From Bacteroidia bacterium (GTDB taxonomy: Bacteria; Bacteroidota; Bacteroidia; J057; JADKCL01): a stretch of DNA of 64,000 nt. Position numbers and translations under genes: made by a program. The notes beneath the pieces were generated by a model that was not told where the DNA came from, made no database searches, and saw only the letters and a list, made by a program, of their open reading frames with translations. The stretch covers positions 8,775-72,774 of the forward strand of contig JBFGVE010000002.1 of assembly GCA_041565275.1 (NCBI GenBank), in the 5' to 3' direction. How positions within the stretch are numbered: the stretch's first letter is position 1; each line of letters opens with the position of its first letter. This document shows, piece after piece, positions 19,915 through 30,107 of this stretch.

Positions 19915-19996
19915 TTTGCTAGCATTGGGGTGTAGCAATCTCGCCATATCAGTTTCCACCTTCCACATCTTTATAACAATGCATCTGGAAGTGGTC

Positions 19997-20440
19997 TCAT
20001 ACTCGGGCTTCGGCAAAGGTTTTCAGGTTCTTCAGGTTTCTTGCAACCATGCTTTCCGTCATTCCTGAGATCAATCCGCCGGCAAAAAGAGTTAATAAAT
20101 TCTCCCGTTGATTTTCAAGTTTGTAGTTTAAAACGGTTCCATGCTCTTCTTCTGAAATATTGTAGTCGAGCCTGAATTGGAACCGTCGATCCCAAAATGA
20201 AATAGAAAATTTATCGTATTCCTTGTATTCCTCTACGCGGCCTTCGTAGCTTCTTAAAAACAAGCCTTCCCGAATCATTTGCGTGAATCGGGTCCCACGC
20301 GGTTGCAAGGGGTCAATGGGTTCAGGAAACCGGATTGACTCCACTTGCTGCATCCAGAATGGGATCAGTTCGGCTTTTGTGATACAGGAAAACAAAATTG
20401 ATGGTGGAGCCTGGATGACGATGAGTTTATGGATATGCAC
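19997..20440 (-). CDS. SRPBCC (START/AHSA1-like) superfamily protein
   Basis: 147 aa with a GTG start. The size and N-terminal pattern (IVIQAPPSILFSCITKAELIPFW) suggest SRPBCC. This is a weak, motif-level call. Confidence 0.4.
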   Translation of the reverse strand: MHIHKLIVIQAPPSILFSCITKAELIPFWMQQVESIRFPEPIDPLQPRGTRFTQMIREGLFLRSYEGRVEEYKEYDKFSISFWDRRFQFRLDYNISEEEHGTVLNYKLENQRENLLTLFAGGLISGMTESMVARNLKNLKTFAEARV

Positions 20441-20443
20441 GGG

Positions 20444-20770
20444 TTATCTCAATTTGTCATTTTCTCTGTGTCGTTTTGCGTCTCTTTCGGTTTTCTTTTT
20501 CAAGTTTCGTCTCACAGCATCCTCCAAATCTATCCCGGTTTGATTGGCGAGACAGATTACTACAAATAGTACATCTGCCAACTCATCTCCAAGGTCTTTA
20601 TCTTTATCCGTAGGCTTGAAGGATTGGTCACCGTATTTTCTTGCGATGATTCGAGCGACTTCTCCAACCTCTTCTGTTAGTATTGCCACATTTGTCAATT
20701 CAGAAAAATAACGGACACCATAATCCTGGATCCACTGGTCGACTGTTTCTTGTGCTTCTTTAATGGTCAT
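20444..20770 (-). CDS. MazG-like nucleotide pyrophosphohydrolase
   Basis: 108 aa. EEVGEVARII and LGDELADVLFVVICLAN carry the EExxE/ExxD metal-binding helices of MazG-type all-alpha NTP-PPases. Confidence 0.8.
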   Translation of the reverse strand: MTIKEAQETVDQWIQDYGVRYFSELTNVAILTEEVGEVARIIARKYGDQSFKPTDKDKDLGDELADVLFVVICLANQTGIDLEDAVRRNLKKKTERDAKRHRENDKLR

Positions 20771-20878
20771 CTGCGATCTATTAAATTTTATGCTTTCTAA
20801 AAGGTCTGGTTGGGTGCGGAGTTTGGTTCAAGTCAGCAATCAAATTCTGAAGCTTAACTTCGAGTGATTTCAGAGGGT

Positions 20879-22225
20879 TCAGGTTGCCATTCGCAGGATC
20901 CATTCCAGTTGAATTATTAATAAAGTTGCAACTGCGATGCGCCAATTTCTTCTTCCTTTAACGAAACCTTTCATTCCCGCTGGTTTTTTATCTCCATATA
21001 TCATCCAAGAAGTTCCTGCCAATGCCGCATAACCGATAAATATAGGCATCAGAGGTAGGTGATAGGATGGGTGGGAAAAAGAAAAAAAATAGGGTAGGGC
21101 ATAGAGTAAAATGAATATTAGGGTATCCCTGCGTAAGAAGGGTTGTGGAGAATACGATGGTAGAAATAACCAACGCAAGGCCAATACTATTACCAGCAAG
21201 TAGAGAAACCCGTCCACTGCGAGTGTAAAATAGCCCAAAACAGGACGTCCCAGGTTTACCAGTCGAGCTCCGGTAAAGGAGTCAGCTGCAAAGAAGGTCC
21301 GCATTCTGCTGGCTGTTCGTAGGATAAACATTTCGGGTTCATTGACAATATGGCGACGGGTTGCCGTCCAATAGACATTATTTTTTTCAGAGGGAGAGTA
21401 TTCGTGAATGGATTTTAATTCGTTTAAGAGCCCCGGGGGATTCTGGGGTGACATGGTCCAATGTGAGCCATAGTACCACGTTTTGTAGGAAGGGGTCCAA
21501 GGGTTGTTGCCCAGATAGACATTGCGGGCGGTAGCATCGTTAAAGAAAACAAAGCGACCGTGTTGATGGAAGAGAAAACTCAAGGTCAAGGGTACAATGA
21601 CAGCTACAGGGATCAGGGCCGCTGCAAAGCGTGGCCGATGCCGAGTCCAAAACAATGGGCCGAAGACCGCAAGGAGAAAGGTTGAGGGTCGGAAGAGAAT
21701 CGCTAATGCCAAAAAAAGGCCTGAAAGCAGGGCCGGGAAGATATCCCGGTGTTTTCGAAACTTAAGGTACTGGTCGAAGGCCAGGGAGAGTAAAGCAGCA
21801 GTTGGAAGCTGGCTAAGAGGTTCAATGCTGTGGTGGATCAAGGCTGGGAAATAAGCAAGGAGCACCATGGCGAGGTTGGCAGGAAGGTCACCTGATTGCC
21901 TGCGGAGTATGCTGCGTACGGCAATCGCCATTGCCAAGAACCAAGGTAACATGGCTACCCGGGATATCCATGGGTTAAATCCAAAAGCAATTTTCCAACC
22001 AGCAAGATAATAGGTAAGCCCGGGAGGCCAGTAGGGTTCATAGTCATATCCTTGCGCGATGGCGTTGCCAATGCCATCGTAGTAAAGGGCATCACCGATA
22101 AGAGGGCTGTGTGCGTTTACAAGTAGGAAAAAAAGACGCAAAACCATCGCCCAGGCCAATAAAACCCAGAAAGAACTTGATTTACCCAACCATCGCCGCA
22201 AGGCTGAGATCACATTTATCGTCAC
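20879..22225 (-). CDS. Polytopic membrane glycosyltransferase, GT39/ArnT(PMT_2)-like
   Basis: 448 aa with more than 10 hydrophobic segments and an early loop GDALYYDGIGNAIAQGYDYEPYWPPG, as in ArnT-like transferases. GTG start. Confidence 0.5.
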   Translation of the reverse strand: MTINVISALRRWLGKSSSFWVLLAWAMVLRLFFLLVNAHSPLIGDALYYDGIGNAIAQGYDYEPYWPPGLTYYLAGWKIAFGFNPWISRVAMLPWFLAMAIAVRSILRRQSGDLPANLAMVLLAYFPALIHHSIEPLSQLPTAALLSLAFDQYLKFRKHRDIFPALLSGLFLALAILFRPSTFLLAVFGPLFWTRHRPRFAAALIPVAVIVPLTLSFLFHQHGRFVFFNDATARNVYLGNNPWTPSYKTWYYGSHWTMSPQNPPGLLNELKSIHEYSPSEKNNVYWTATRRHIVNEPEMFILRTASRMRTFFAADSFTGARLVNLGRPVLGYFTLAVDGFLYLLVIVLALRWLFLPSYSPQPFLRRDTLIFILLYALPYFFSFSHPSYHLPLMPIFIGYAALAGTSWMIYGDKKPAGMKGFVKGRRNWRIAVATLLIIQLEWILRMAT

Positions 22226-22228
22226 AGT

Positions 22229-22684
22229 TCAGAAGTCACGCTCTTTGGAATCTATAATGATCGTTACTGGGCCATCGTTAACCAGGCTAACCTGCATATC
22301 TCTTCCGAATTCTCCGCTTTTTAATGGTCCGGAAAACCGGAAACGCATCACTTCGAGAAAACGTTCGTAGATAGGGGTGGCAGTTTCAGGTGGTGATGAG
22401 CGCGTGTAGGAAGGACGGTTCCCTTTTTTTGTTTTGGCAAAGAGGGTGAATTGTGATACCACCAGAATACCTCCTTTTACATCCGACACCGATAGATTCA
22501 TTTTACCATCATCGTCATTAAATATTCTGAGTTTCAGCAACTTTTTGACCAGCCATTGTGCATCTTCATCCGTGTCACTATGAGTTATCCCTACTAGCAC
22601 CAACAAGCCTTGCCCAATCTTTCCGACTGTCTTCTCATTTATATCTACTCTTGCTTCACTAACCCGTTGTATCACCAATCGCAT
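22229..22684 (-). CDS. dtd: D-aminoacyl-tRNA deacylase
   Basis: 151 aa with MRLVIQRV, SQFTL and NDGPVT motifs. Confidence 0.95.
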   Translation of the reverse strand: MRLVIQRVSEARVDINEKTVGKIGQGLLVLVGITHSDTDEDAQWLVKKLLKLRIFNDDDGKMNLSVSDVKGGILVVSQFTLFAKTKKGNRPSYTRSSPPETATPIYERFLEVMRFRFSGPLKSGEFGRDMQVSLVNDGPVTIIIDSKERDF

Positions 22685-23068
22685 ATTTGATCCATTTAGC
22701 TTGACAAAACCTGTAGCACTCTAATTGCTTGTAAAGATCTATAACCTCGTTACAGGAGTTACAAATGTATTATTTCTGCCCGTATTCGTAAAATCCTTCC
22801 ATTTCAATCATGATGGGGATGCGTTTCTTTTCAAGGCTACCGCCATCTAAAATGACCTGATCCCCACTGAGGAAATACGATTTCGAGTGACTGAAAAATA
22901 CACCACTGACCTCGTCAACCTCGAAATCACCAGCCACCGTACCGTTTATTTCATGGTAAGTATCTTCTCCAAACCATTAGCCTTTTCTATAGGTTTAGCT
23001 GCATTTGAAATATAATATAACGAAATGGAAACCACCTGATAGGCCTCCTTTTTCTTACCTTTGGACCA

Positions 23069-23860
23069 ATGAGCAAGCACAACCATTCGGACTCTTGGGA
23101 AATTGGTGGCAAAACGCTTCATTCCCGGTTGATGGTAGGGACTTCCCAGTATCCCAATCCGGAACTGATGTTCAGGGCTATCAAAGAAAGTGGGGCTGAG
23201 ATCGTGACTGTTTCCATTCGAAGGATCGATCTCACAGATCCAGATAATACTTTTTTATCTCATGAATTTCTTAATGACTATACCTTACTTCCCAATACTT
23301 CGGGCTGTTATACAGCCCGCGAAGCTATTTTGACCGCTGAATTGGCGCGAGAAGCTTTGCAGACCAATTGGATAAAAGTGGAAGTGATTGGCGATGAAAA
23401 AACCTTGTTGCCCGATCCGACCGAATTGCTGAAAGCCTGTGAAGTGTTGGTTGAGAAAGGTTTTTTGGTACTACCGTATTGTAGTGATGACCCCATTTTA
23501 TGTAAACGGCTGGCTGATTTGGGCTGTGCTGCGGTTATGCCTTTGGCTTCTCCTATTGGTACCGGCCTCGGCATTCGGAACCCCCACAATTTAATGCTCA
23601 TCCGCGATGCGGTCAGAATTCCACTGATCGTTGATGCAGGTATCGGAACAGCCAGCGATGCTGCTACCGCAATGGAGTTGGGATACGATGGAATCCTTCT
23701 CAATACAGCGATAGCTCAGGCCAAAGATCCAGTGCTCATGGCACGGGCAATGAAACTTGGTGTTCAAGCCGGACGTGCCGCACATTTGGCTGGAAGGATT
23801 CCCAAAGCCTACCATTCAAAAGCATCTAGCCCTTTGGATGGGCTGCTTTTTGGGATTTGA
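23069..23860 (+). CDS. thiG: Thiazole synthase
   Basis: 263 aa with [35 protein letters not shown] and [14 protein letters not shown]. Confidence 0.95.
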   Translation: MSKHNHSDSWEIGGKTLHSRLMVGTSQYPNPELMFRAIKESGAEIVTVSIRRIDLTDPDNTFLSHEFLNDYTLLPNTSGCYTAREAILTAELAREALQTNWIKVEVIGDEKTLLPDPTELLKACEVLVEKGFLVLPYCSDDPILCKRLADLGCAAVMPLASPIGTGLGIRNPHNLMLIRDAVRIPLIVDAGIGTASDAATAMELGYDGILLNTAIAQAKDPVLMARAMKLGVQAGRAAHLAGRIPKAYHSKASSPLDGLLFGI

Positions 23861-23959
23861 GCAAATAATCAGCTCGGTCAGTCACGGGACTCCTTGGAGT
23901 AAACACTAAGGATCAATGAGGAGGCGGTATACTTCATTGTTCCTGATCTGAGAAAGTAA

Positions 23960-24979
23960 TCAATACTCCCTAACTTCCCTGAAGATCTCCATCAGGGTTT
24001 CCTTGGCTTGCCCAATGGAAATCCCTTTCAATTGAGAGTAAAGTTTGAGGAATTGCATTTTCCCTTCTGGCAGGGGGTACATCCTGGATTTATTATCCGT
24101 TACGATTTTTCTAGCTTCCATGATGGCCTGGGCCTGCAATGATTCCTGATCCGGTGCTGAAATAAAATAGCGAAAGCTCTCATCCCCATCCAAAGGAGGC
24201 AATCCAGGCTCCCCAAATGCTGCTAGAGCTATCTTCTGGTAGTCTTGATCGAGCAGGTTGAAGATCTTCAGTTTCTCTGTAAAGCTGGGGACATTACAAA
24301 ACCAATAGAGCAACTCTTGCTGGATCTCATTTTTTATCGCTGCTGCCATTTCGAGGGCAAGTAAGCGGTCCCTTAAAGAATAGGAAGTCGCCAAACCCAG
24401 CCAGTTTTTCTTTTCTATGGACCCATCAATCCGGCTGATCAGACGTTCTCGACGGCGGTTCACAAAAGTCTTACGGTCTATTGCATAGAGATCGTGGTAT
24501 TTTCTCAGATTCTTCTCATTAACAAAGGTCTTTTCGCACTGCATCCCGATTGACTCTGCCACAGACCGCGAATACTGATGGTCCTGGGCAAAGTGGGTGA
24601 CGATCCGTTCAATATCTGTATACCGAAATGCATAGGACAGCAAGGCGTCTGCCACTTCCTTCCCGTATCCATGCCCCCAAAAATCAGCGTGAATAATATA
24701 CCCCAGGTCCCATTCTACTCTTCCATCTATATCTGATTTTGTGATCCCCGCATCCCCAATGACCTGATTCGTTTCCCTAAGGACCACTACAAACCGCCCT
24801 AATCCTGAACCTCGATAAGGTTCAACATTGGTTTTCAACCAGTTTTGAACTTGATCTTTGGTAAAAGGTACTGGCCAGAAAGCCATCGTTTTGCGATCCA
24901 TCAAAATTGTCCCGATAAGAGTCAGGTCGCGGCTTGTGTACTCCCTGATAATCAAACGTTTGGTGTCTGTAATTTGCAT
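23960..24979 (-). CDS. GNAT N-acetyltransferase (RimJ/RimL-like) fused to an uncharacterised ~165-aa C-terminal domain
   Basis: Residues 1 to about 172 show the GNAT pattern (IGDAGI..WDLGYIIHADFWGHGYGKEVADALLSYAF). The rest (from about NRRRERLISR) is helical and matches no family I know. Confidence 0.6.
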   Translation of the reverse strand: MQITDTKRLIIREYTSRDLTLIGTILMDRKTMAFWPVPFTKDQVQNWLKTNVEPYRGSGLGRFVVVLRETNQVIGDAGITKSDIDGRVEWDLGYIIHADFWGHGYGKEVADALLSYAFRYTDIERIVTHFAQDHQYSRSVAESIGMQCEKTFVNEKNLRKYHDLYAIDRKTFVNRRRERLISRIDGSIEKKNWLGLATSYSLRDRLLALEMAAAIKNEIQQELLYWFCNVPSFTEKLKIFNLLDQDYQKIALAAFGEPGLPPLDGDESFRYFISAPDQESLQAQAIMEARKIVTDNKSRMYPLPEGKMQFLKLYSQLKGISIGQAKETLMEIFREVREY

Positions 24980-25153
24980 AAGAGCCCTTGGTTTATACTT
25001 TTTCCTCGCGTAAATGTGTAAACAACTTAAAAACCAGTTTCATTGCAACTTATTCCAATGTTCATCTTCTCGTCTGAGTGCCAGCGTATCGAAGATAGAG
25101 ATTTGGTTCCTGAGCACCTATATTTTGCAGGTTGAGGATACTGAAAAGAGCGT

Positions 25154-26185
25154 ATGAAAATGTTAACTTGCAGCATGGACGAAAAAATACGAGAGATCCA
25201 GGCTGGTATGGCTGCATACACTGGCTGTGATGTCGATGAATTTAAGCGGTTGTTCACTGGTAAAAATGGTGCGATTAATGCCTTGTTTGCAGAATTCAAA
25301 TCGTTACCCGGACCTGAAAAAGCCAAATATGGGAAGGTACTCAATCAGCTGAAACAAGAGGGTCAAGCTTGGCAGAACAGTCTCGCTGAAGCCCAAAAGG
25401 TAAATGTAAAGGTTGATCGTCCTGATGACCTTACTTTGCCAGGCGAACCTCATTTTCAAGGTTCCCGACATCCACTCGCTATTATCCAAACCCGGATCAA
25501 TTCTATTTTTTCCAAAATTGGATTTGCCATAGCTGAGGGTCCTGAAATCGAAGATGACTGGCACAATTTCTCTGCTCTAAACATTCCCGAAGACCATCCG
25601 GCCAGGGATATGCAGGACACTTTCTTCCTTGAAGATGGAAAGGTACTCCGGACCCACACCTCCAATGTCCAGATTCGGGTTATGGAGACTCAAGCACCAC
25701 CTATTCGCATCCTGGCCCCCGGTAAGGTTTTCCGCAATGAAACTGTATCTGCCCGTGCCCATGCTTTCTTTCACCAGGTGGAAGGCTTGTATGTCAATGA
25801 AAATGTGAGCTTTCCAGATATGGTTCAGGATCTGGACTACTTTGGTAAGCAGATGTTCGGATCCCAGACCAAGATCAGACTTCGGCCCTCTTACTTTCCA
25901 TTTACCGAGATCAGTGCTGAGATAGATGTCAGTTGTATGATCTGCGGCGGAGACGGCTGCAACATCTGTAAGTACACTGGATGGGTCGAAATCCTTGGTT
26001 GTGGCATGGTTGATCCCAACGTCTTGGAGAATTGTGGGATTGACTCCAATATCTACAGTGGCTATGCATTTGGAATGGGGATTGAACGCATTGCCATGCT
26101 CATCTATGGCGTCAATGACCTTCGCCTGTTCTCTCAAAACGATATTCGTTTCTTGCAGCAATTCGAATCTATTCATCCCTTTTGA
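25154..26185 (+). CDS. pheS: Phenylalanine--tRNA ligase alpha subunit
   Basis: HPLAIIQ, DHPARDMQDTFF, LRTHTS, FRNE, FHQVEG and GMGIERIAML are the class II motifs. The true start may be the MDEK methionine a few codons in. Confidence 0.95.
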   Translation: MKMLTCSMDEKIREIQAGMAAYTGCDVDEFKRLFTGKNGAINALFAEFKSLPGPEKAKYGKVLNQLKQEGQAWQNSLAEAQKVNVKVDRPDDLTLPGEPHFQGSRHPLAIIQTRINSIFSKIGFAIAEGPEIEDDWHNFSALNIPEDHPARDMQDTFFLEDGKVLRTHTSNVQIRVMETQAPPIRILAPGKVFRNETVSARAHAFFHQVEGLYVNENVSFPDMVQDLDYFGKQMFGSQTKIRLRPSYFPFTEISAEIDVSCMICGGDGCNICKYTGWVEILGCGMVDPNVLENCGIDSNIYSGYAFGMGIERIAMLIYGVNDLRLFSQNDIRFLQQFESIHPF

Positions 26186-26210
26186 TCTTTTGACACTTCT
26201 AAAACAGACT

Positions 26211-27071
26211 ATGAAAGCACTTTCAGATATCAATCACATCGCAGTCCTTGGCGCAGGTGTCATGGGGCGAGGTATAGCCGTAGCTGCTTCCGTTGCTGGT
26301 TACCAAGTGACGCTTTTTGACATCAACAAGGATGTTTTGGATCAGGCATCGACCTATACTGAAGCATTTTTTTCTGGATCGGTCAAGCGTGGCAAAATGA
26401 CAGAAGACCAAAAAGTCAAGGCTCTGGGCAGGATTAAGCACACCAAAGATATCGGTGACATGGTAGCCAACTTCATCGTCGAGGCTATTTTGGAGAATCT
26501 GGAGTTGAAACAGCAGGTACTGCGGGAAATTGAAGTCCAAAACGATATGGAAACCATCATTGCTTCTAACACATCAACTATTCCAATCACCCAGATTGCA
26601 GCTGGCTTGGACCGTCCGGAAAATATTGTTGGAATGCATTTTTTTAATCCTGCACCTATTATGAAATTGGTAGAGGTGATTTCCGGCGAAATGACCGCTG
26701 ATTGGGTTGTCCAACTTACTTTTGAACTAGCGGAAAAGATGGGTAAGAAGCCTGTCCGCGCCAAAGATGAGCCTGGGTTTATCGTGAACCGGGTAGCACG
26801 TCACTTTTACCTGGAAGGCTTAAGGGTACTGGAAGACCGGGTCGCCCCTCATGATGCGATCGATCGGCTTATGGAAGCTTCAGGTTTCCGCATGGGGCCG
26901 TTTAAACTCATGGACCTTATCGGTGTGGAAACCAATCACGAGGTCACCAAATCCCTTTACAATGCATTTTTCCAAGACGAGAAGTTTCGGCCTAGCCGGG
27001 TGCAACAAAAGAAAGTTGATGCTGGACATTTCGGTAGAAAGACAGGCCGGGGATTCTACCTCTACGAGTGA
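26211..27071 (+). CDS. hbd: 3-hydroxyacyl/3-hydroxybutyryl-CoA dehydrogenase
   Basis: From the ATG at 26211: MKALSDINHIAVLGAGVMGRGIA.., SNTSTIPIT, HFFNPAPIMKLVEV and PGFIVNR. The track's upstream extension from 25995 overlaps pheS and is discarded. Confidence 0.85.
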   Translation: MKALSDINHIAVLGAGVMGRGIAVAASVAGYQVTLFDINKDVLDQASTYTEAFFSGSVKRGKMTEDQKVKALGRIKHTKDIGDMVANFIVEAILENLELKQQVLREIEVQNDMETIIASNTSTIPITQIAAGLDRPENIVGMHFFNPAPIMKLVEVISGEMTADWVVQLTFELAEKMGKKPVRAKDEPGFIVNRVARHFYLEGLRVLEDRVAPHDAIDRLMEASGFRMGPFKLMDLIGVETNHEVTKSLYNAFFQDEKFRPSRVQQKKVDAGHFGRKTGRGFYLYE

Positions 27072-28390
27072 AACTCTTGCTTCATATTCCCACATACAAC
27101 TTCTAGAAGCTGCTCGGGAAGCAAATATTTTGAAGTTAGTCTTCTGACATCTTCCGGTTGCACGGACTGGATCACGTCAAATTGCTTATCCAGTTCAGAA
27201 AAATCAAGTTCATTGACAAGACAGGTCCGGATCAGGCTCCCGATCTGTGATGGGGTCTCCCGGGCAGAGATTGAACGACCCAACATGTAATTTTTGACCA
27301 ATTCTAGTTCCCCATCCCTAACCCCTGTATTGATCAACAAATGGATCTCTTTACGAATTTCGTCCAAGGTTGGTCTGATGTATTCATTGCCTACATCAGT
27401 TTGGACCACAAAGGTACCCCCATACTTCATAGAAAGCCATGCAGAGTAAATTCCGTAAGTGAATCCTTTTTCTTCACGGATATTCTTCATGAGTCGGGAA
27501 CCAAAGTAGCCACCTAAAATGGTATTGACCACCTGCATGGGATAATAATCGGAATGGTTACGTGCGAATCCCCTATGCCCTACTCTTACAGTTGCCTGCA
27601 TCGTATTTTCTTGTTCAAAGTAGTGGAATCCTGAAGATTCACTGGGCAAGGGAGCGGTAGCGGCAGATTCACTTGGAGATACCTTTTTGGAAGGATCAAT
27701 CTGGCTCTCTGTTCCAAACTCTTTGTTGAGTAGGTCAAGTAAACGGTCCTCATCAAACCGACCGGAAGCTACCAATCTACAATTGCTTAGGTTAAAGTTT
27801 CGTTCGTAAAAGTCCTTTAAAGCTTCCATTTCCAAACTCCGGATGTCCGATACGGTAGTAGTCTTTCCATAAGGATGCTCCTGCCCGTTCAGTAACCAGT
27901 TAAATTCTTTCCGGGCTATGAAGGAGGTTTTCTTTTCTTCTACCTCCAGACTACGAATGGATCGGGCTTTCAGAATTACCAGTTCTTTCTCGGGAAAAGA
28001 GGGGCGTAGTAGCATTTCTGAGAGCAGTGGCACGGTGTTACCCAAGTACTTGCTCAGGGTAGTAAGGTTAAATGTTGCACTTTCATTACCCGTTTCCGAG
28101 CTTAAAGATGCACCGTAACTATCTAGAAGCTTTGCGAGTTCGAGCCCGGTGTAGTTCTCAGTTCCCTCTTGCATAATACGGGCACTGAAATCTGAAATCC
28201 CGGTTTTGGCTTCGAAACTGCGACCAGCAGGAAATAAAGCATCAATCTCAACGATCTCTTGACTTCCAAACTGAACTGTATAGACGGGTATACCATTATC
28301 AAGATGGTTGAGGGAGACTTGAGGAAATGGTACTTTCACCATGGGTGAGGCCACCGGTGCTTTGGTTCTGTCGAGCTTAGTGATTTCCAT
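27062..28390 (-). CDS. M16 (pitrilysin/insulinase) family peptidase subunit lacking the HxxEH site (non-catalytic partner)
   Basis: From the ATG at 28390 (MEITKLDRTKAP..). It has M16-like architecture but no HxxEH motif. It overlaps the upstream M16 gene by 14 nt. Confidence 0.7.
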   Translation of the reverse strand: MEITKLDRTKAPVASPMVKVPFPQVSLNHLDNGIPVYTVQFGSQEIVEIDALFPAGRSFEAKTGISDFSARIMQEGTENYTGLELAKLLDSYGASLSSETGNESATFNLTTLSKYLGNTVPLLSEMLLRPSFPEKELVILKARSIRSLEVEEKKTSFIARKEFNWLLNGQEHPYGKTTTVSDIRSLEMEALKDFYERNFNLSNCRLVASGRFDEDRLLDLLNKEFGTESQIDPSKKVSPSESAATAPLPSESSGFHYFEQENTMQATVRVGHRGFARNHSDYYPMQVVNTILGGYFGSRLMKNIREEKGFTYGIYSAWLSMKYGGTFVVQTDVGNEYIRPTLDEIRKEIHLLINTGVRDGELELVKNYMLGRSISARETPSQIGSLIRTCLVNELDFSELDKQFDVIQSVQPEDVRRLTSKYLLPEQLLEVVCGNMKQEFHS

Positions 28391-29624
28391 TTTCAGGGAG
28401 ATAATATAGGGTAGAACAATTACTGGGATCGAAATAAGTACGGGTGGCGCTGATGATATCTTCCCGAGAGACACTTAAATAATGGTCAAGAGAAGAATTT
28501 GCCAATTCAAGGTTTCCAAGTGCATCACTCACGGCCAGGGCTATTGCCTTGTTGAGTAAGGTGGTTCGCTCCAAGGTATAGTGGCTTTCAATGGAATTCT
28601 TTACCCTGATGATTTCAGTATCTTCTACTTCCAACAATCCTTGTAGGACTTCCTCAAGCGCAGACTCATACTCCTCAGGGGTGTGTCCTTCTGCCAGAGT
28701 AGCATCAATAGAAACCATTCCCGGATCATGTGCTCCCCAGGAAAAAGCATTCACGTTGGTCACAACTTGCTTTTCCTTGACCAGTGCCTGGTAAAGATGG
28801 CCTGCCTTCCCTGCTGATAAAATATCTGTGATCATATCTGCAGCGAAATAACCTTGTGCGGTCTTCGCAGGAATATGGTACATTTTGTAGACTGCTGGAA
28901 ATGGTACTTTCCGGTAAACTGTTTTCCGTCGGGCTTCGGTTTGCTTGGGTTCTGCAGGCAATGGTTGATGCCTCAGAGCTCGACGAGGAATAGAGCCAAA
29001 CCACTTATCTGCTAGTCGCCGCACTTGATCCAATGTCACATTACCCACAACAACCAAAGTGGCATTGTTGGGGGCATAAAACCTATAGAAAAAATCCTTT
29101 ACATTGTCGAGGGTAGCACCTTCAATGTGTGAAATATCCTTTCCAATGGTCGGCCAGCGGTACGGGTGTGTGTTGTAGTGAATGGACCGCAACTCTAAGT
29201 GAGCATCACCGTAGGGCTTGTTCAGATAGCGTTGCTTGAACTCCTCGATCACCACGCTTTTCTGTACGTCAAGGCTTCTTTGTGAGAAGTCTAATTCTAA
29301 CATTCGGTCTGACTCCAACCAAAAGCCAGTCTCAATCTGATTGGCGGGAAGAGTCAAATAATAGTTGGTAAGGTCATTGGAAGTAAACGCATTGTTTTCT
29401 CCTCCGACCCGTTGCAGTTGGCTGTCGTAACTGGGGATATTCTTGCTACCACCAAACATGAGGTGCTCAAACAAGTGAGCAAATCCAGTTCGTTCCTCAT
29501 CTTCATTCTTGGCTCCAACCCTGTACAAAAGGTCAAGTACCACTTTGCCGATACTTTGATCCATATGAACAACGACACGGAGACCATTCTCAAGGTAAAA
29601 AGACTGATATTCTATCTTAGACAT
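28377..29624 (-). CDS. M16 family zinc peptidase (catalytic subunit)
   Basis: The inverted zincin motif GFAHLFEHLMFGGS (HxxEH) is near the N-terminus. I prefer the ATG at 29624 (MSKIEYQSF..) over the track's GTG at 29642. Confidence 0.8.
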   Translation of the reverse strand: MSKIEYQSFYLENGLRVVVHMDQSIGKVVLDLLYRVGAKNEDEERTGFAHLFEHLMFGGSKNIPSYDSQLQRVGGENNAFTSNDLTNYYLTLPANQIETGFWLESDRMLELDFSQRSLDVQKSVVIEEFKQRYLNKPYGDAHLELRSIHYNTHPYRWPTIGKDISHIEGATLDNVKDFFYRFYAPNNATLVVVGNVTLDQVRRLADKWFGSIPRRALRHQPLPAEPKQTEARRKTVYRKVPFPAVYKMYHIPAKTAQGYFAADMITDILSAGKAGHLYQALVKEKQVVTNVNAFSWGAHDPGMVSIDATLAEGHTPEEYESALEEVLQGLLEVEDTEIIRVKNSIESHYTLERTTLLNKAIALAVSDALGNLELANSSLDHYLSVSREDIISATRTYFDPSNCSTLYYLPENGNH

Positions 29625-29761
29625 ATTTTCCACAATAATCACCGGACCAGACAGTTCCGGCTAAAATCCAAAGCCCACTAAGTTAGGTAAATCAACGGGT
29701 TTTGAAATTCACATTTTATGAATTCATCAAAAAACTGTATCAATTAAGTGGTAGTTTTGCT

Positions 29762-29959
29762 TCAACTTTTCACTTCCTTCGGGAACTGAAGCCTGAGGTT
29801 ATTCAAAAAAAACTTTTTCCGAGCATCAAAAGCGGCCTCTCCCAAATGGTCAAACTCTGACCTGAATCTCTCCCATTCCTTACCATATACAGTTTTGAAA
29901 GCATGCGAGTCGATCTGTTTTTTGTCGAGGTAGGTTTCAAACTTGGAAATATTAATCAT
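29762..29959 (-). CDS. Small hypothetical protein (65 aa)
   Basis: An isolated ORF in a gap with nothing competing on either strand. It is charged and helical, with no recognisable family. Confidence 0.35.
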   Translation of the reverse strand: MINISKFETYLDKKQIDSHAFKTVYGKEWERFRSEFDHLGEAAFDARKKFFLNNLRLQFPKEVKS

Positions 29960-30040
29960 GTTGAGCTTTAAGTACGGGCACCTATTTGTTGCGTTTAAAT
30001 GTTCTGAGTGATTAAGTTCCTACCTGATATTTGAAAGGTC

Positions 30041-30071
30041 AAAAAAAGAACCCAGAAATAATCCGGGCTCT
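30041..30071 (-). terminator. Rho-independent terminator downstream of nrdA
   Basis: Minus strand: AGAGCCCGG-ATTATTT-CTGGGTTCT followed by TTTTTT. This is a 9-bp stem with two G:U pairs, about 37 nt after the nrdA stop. Confidence 0.6.
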
Positions 30072-30107
30072 TTATATATGCTTATCGTCCTGATCCCTTT
30101 TTAAGGC

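Noticed and set aside
22773-22976. 68-codon open frame on the minus strand (..HEINGTVAGDFEVDEVSGVFFSHSKSYFLSGDQVILDGGSLEKKRIPIMIEMEGFYEYGQK*) in the dtd-thiG gap.
   Set aside because: It has no ATG, only an internal GTG, and no recognisable family. It does not end in the ThiS-type GG. It could be a gene remnant, but I cannot support it.
22685-23068. Searched for a TPP riboswitch and a thiS gene upstream of the stand-alone thiG.
   Set aside because: I found no CTGAGA/ACCTGATCTGGATAATGCCAGCG-like core on the plus strand and no small GG-terminated ORF. thiG appears unaccompanied here.
25577-26233. 218-aa minus-strand ORF overlapping pheS and the start of hbd.
   Set aside because: It is fully contained in two confidently identified plus-strand genes and has no motifs of its own.
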